64,000 bases of DNA, taken from an uncultured Holophagales bacterium. Its GTDB lineage: Bacteria > Acidobacteriota > Thermoanaerobaculia > Multivoradales > UBA5704. The notes under the pieces are model-generated. The model worked only from the letters and a program-made list of their open reading frames with translations. It was not told the origin of the DNA and searched no databases. Made by a program: the position numbers and the translations under genes. Positions 61,601-64,000 of the stretch are shown here, one piece after another. Each line of letters begins with the position of its first letter. The stretch's first letter is position 1. Where the stretch lies: NCBI GenBank assembly GCA_963842525.1, contig CAWJGT010000019.1:224001-288000 (forward strand), given 5' to 3'.

Positions 61601-63664
61601 GGCCCGCTGGCGGACGGAAGGCCACCTCGAGTTCCTCGGCCGCGCCGACCACCAGGTCAAGATCCGCGGCTTCCGCCTGGAGCTCGGCGAGGTCGAGGCC
61701 GCGCTCCGGCGCCACCCGGCGCTGCGCGAGACGGTCGTCCTGCTGCGCGAGGACCGGCCGGGGGACCGGCGGCTGGTCGCCTATCTATCTCCACGCGAAG
61801 GAGCGGAGCCGCCGCCGGTCGGCGAGCTGCGCAGCTTCCTCGCCGAGCGGCTGCCTCACTACATGGTGCCCTCTGCCTTTGTCACCCTGCCGGCGCTGCC
61901 GGTGCTCGCCAGCGGCAAGGTGGACCGCGCGGCGCTGCCCGCGCCGGACGCCGCGCGGCCGGAGCTGGAGGGCGGATACGCCGCGCCTCGCACCGCGGAG
62001 GAAGAGCTGCTGGCGGGCATCTGGGCACAGGTTCTCGGCGTCGAGCGCGTCGGCATCCACGACAACTTCTTCGAGCTGGGCGGCGACTCGATCCTCTCCA
62101 TCCAGATCATCGCGCGCGCCAACCAGGCAGGGCTGCACCTGACAGCCAAGCAGCTCTTCGAGCACCAGACCGTCGCCGAGCTTGCGCAGTCGGCGGAGTC
62201 GGCGACCGCCGTGGTCGCAGAGCAGGGGACCGTCAGCGGCCCGGTACCGCTCACCCCGATCATGCACTGGTTCTTCGAGCAAGGGTTCGCCAACCTGCAC
62301 CACTTCAACCAGGCGGTGATGCTGGCGCCGCGCGAGCCGCTTGTCCCGGGGGCGCTCGACCGGGCCGCGGCCATGCTCTTCGCCCACCACGACGCCCTGC
62401 GCCTGCAGGCCGTGCGCGACGCCGGAAGCTGGCGGCTGGAGAACGCCGCGAGCGAGCCGTCCACGCCCTTCGTCTGGATCGACCTCGGGCAGGTCCCGGC
62501 GGCGGAGCGGGCGGCGGCCTTGTACGACGCGGCCTCCCAGCTCCAGGCCGGCTTCGACCTCGCAAGCGGCCCGCTCGCCTGCCTCGCCCTCTTCGATGTC
62601 GGCGAGGGGACCCAGCGCCTGTTGTGGGTGATGCACCACCTGGTGGGCGATGGCGTCTCCTGGCGCGTCCTCCAGGAGGACCTCGAGCGGGCCTACCGCC
62701 AGGCCGCGGCGGATGAACCGCCGGCGCTGCCGCCCAAGACCACCTCGTTCAAGGCCTGGGCCGAGCGCCTCCTCGCCTATGCCGGCTCGGAGGAGCTCCA
62801 CGGCGAGCTGGAGCACTGGCTCGCCATCGCCGGCGCCGCGGTGCCGCGGCTGCCTCTCGATGCTGTCGAAGGGCCCGGGCTGGCGGCGAACACCGTCGAG
62901 TCGGGACGCTCGGTCGCCCTGGCGCTGACCCCGAAGAGACCCAGGCCCTTCTGCAGGAGGTCCCGGCAGCCTACCGGACGCAGATCAACGACGCGCTGCT
63001 CGCCGCTCTGGCGCAGGCGCTCGCGCCCTGGACGGGAGCAACCGCTCTGCGCGTCGATCTCGAAGGGCACGGGCGGGAGCCGCTGTTCGACGACGTCGAC
63101 CTGTCGCGCACGGTGGGATGGTTCACCACCCAGTTCCCCGTGCTCGTGGACCCGGGGGACGCCACGAGCCCGGGTCCGGCGCTCGCCGCGGTCAAGGAGC
63201 AGCTCCGCCGCGCCCCGCGCAACGGCATCGGCTACGGCCTGCTGCGCCACCTGAGCGGCGCGCCGGCCGCCCGGGCGCTACGGGAGGCGCCGCCGGCAGA
63301 GGTCAGCTTCAACTACCTGGGCCAGTTCGACCAGCTCGCTTCTGCGCAGGAGGCCACCTTCCGGCCGACGGGCGAGCCGTCAGGGCCGGCGCGCAATCAG
63401 CGCTCTCACCGCACCCATCTTCTGGAGGTGAGCGGCCTGGTGGCCGGCGGGCGGCTCCAGCTCACCCTCGGCTACAGCGCCAACCTCCACCACCGCTCGA
63501 CGATCGAGCGGCTGGCCGAGGCCTACGCCGAGGCGTTGCGTTCGCTCATTTCCCACCGCCAGCAGGCGGCCGGTACGGCGCTGACACCGTCCGACTTCCC
63601 GCTGGCGAAGCTCGACGAAAAGAATTTCCGCAAGCTGTCGGCCCTGCTCGACGACGCGGAGTGA
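55692..63664 (+). CDS. Bimodular NRPS C-A-T-C-A-T-E with donor COM tail (about 2660 aa), one apparent frameshift (~62930)
   Basis: GTGA overlap. Two A domains with code DALDLGSVTK. The last T has the pre-epimerase GGDSI motif. E motifs PLTPIMHWFF and HHLVGDGVSW, then after a -1 shift EGHGRE, RTVGWFT, GIGYGLLR and FNYLGQFD (ORF 63113..63664). Ends in TPSDFPLAKL. Confidence 0.9.
62240..63560 (+). other. Epimerization domain
   Basis: HHLVGDGVSW, EGHGRE, RTVGWFT and FNYLGQFD; preceded by a GGDS-type T and followed by a DCL-like C in the next gene. Confidence 0.9.
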
Positions 63665-63669
63665 TTGAC

Positions 63670-63673
63670 GGAG
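63670..63673 (+). promoter_or_regulatory. Shine-Dalgarno site of the last NRPS gene
   Basis: GGAG 7 nt upstream of the ATG at 63681, in the only intergenic gap of the window (16 bp). Confidence 0.6.
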
Positions 63674-63680
63674 CCGATGC

Positions 63681-64000
63681 ATGAAGAACGTCGAAGACAT
63701 CTACCCCTTGTCGCCGCTGCAGCAGGGCATGCTGTTCCACACTCTGCTGACGCCCGACTCCGGGGTCTATGTCAACCAGTGCAGTTGCACGCTGCACGGC
63801 GAGCTCGACCAGGAGCTCTTCCGGCAGACCTGGCAGAAGGTGATCGAGCGGCACCCGATCCTCCGCACCGCCTTCCTCTGGGAGGGCCTCGACGAGCCCG
63901 TCCAGGTCGTGCGCCAGCAGGTGAAGCTCGCCTGGGAGGAGCAGGACTGGCACGATCTCCCGGCCGCCGAGCAGGCCGGCCGCCTCGCGGCCCTGCGCGC
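63681..64000 (+). CDS. NRPS, 3'-truncated, starting with a DCL-type condensation domain
   Basis: Not in the ORF track because it has no stop. ATG at 63681 follows GGAG at 63670-63673 and reads MKNVEDIYPLSPLQQGMLFHTL...ERHPILRTAFLWEGLDEPVQVV, the typical start of a C domain that follows an E domain. Confidence 0.9.
   Translation, partial: MKNVEDIYPLSPLQQGMLFHTLLTPDSGVYVNQCSCTLHGELDQELFRQTWQKVIERHPILRTAFLWEGLDEPVQVVRQQVKLAWEEQDWHDLPAAEQAGRLAALR

Noticed and set aside
63113-63664. Separate 183-aa gene
   Set aside because: It is the C-terminal part of the E domain plus the COM tail, separated by the ~62930 frameshift.

Overview
The whole 64 kb window is the interior of one very large, GC-rich (about 70% or more by eye), co-linear hybrid NRPS-PKS cluster on the + strand, open at both ends. 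Seven consecutive megasynthetase genes (most overlapping by ATGA, TAATG or GTGA) encode 16 readable A domains, 3 KR-less PKS modules (KS-AT-ACP), 2 sulfotransferase domains embedded in cis after Thr modules, and 1 epimerase, followed by the start of a DCL-type C domain. Five frameshifts of 1-2 nt, mostly in homopolymer or dinucleotide runs and probably sequencing errors, split three of the genes. Hand-read specificity codes give the backbone ...X-Y1-X-Y2-Y3-X-[Lys2-like Aad/iso-acidic residue]-ketide-Gly-Thr(ST)-Phe-Tyr-ketide-Thr(ST)-Ala-ketide-Z-Z-D-Z... X is a proline-clade A domain in which the near-invariant Asp235 is replaced by Cys, Y1-3 are diverged Leu-clade domains, and Z has the unassigned code DALDLGSVTK. 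No loading module, thioesterase, tailoring genes, RNA genes, CRISPR or mobile elements are visible. I do not recognise the cluster as a characterised one, but no database search was possible. Domain boundaries are approximate.
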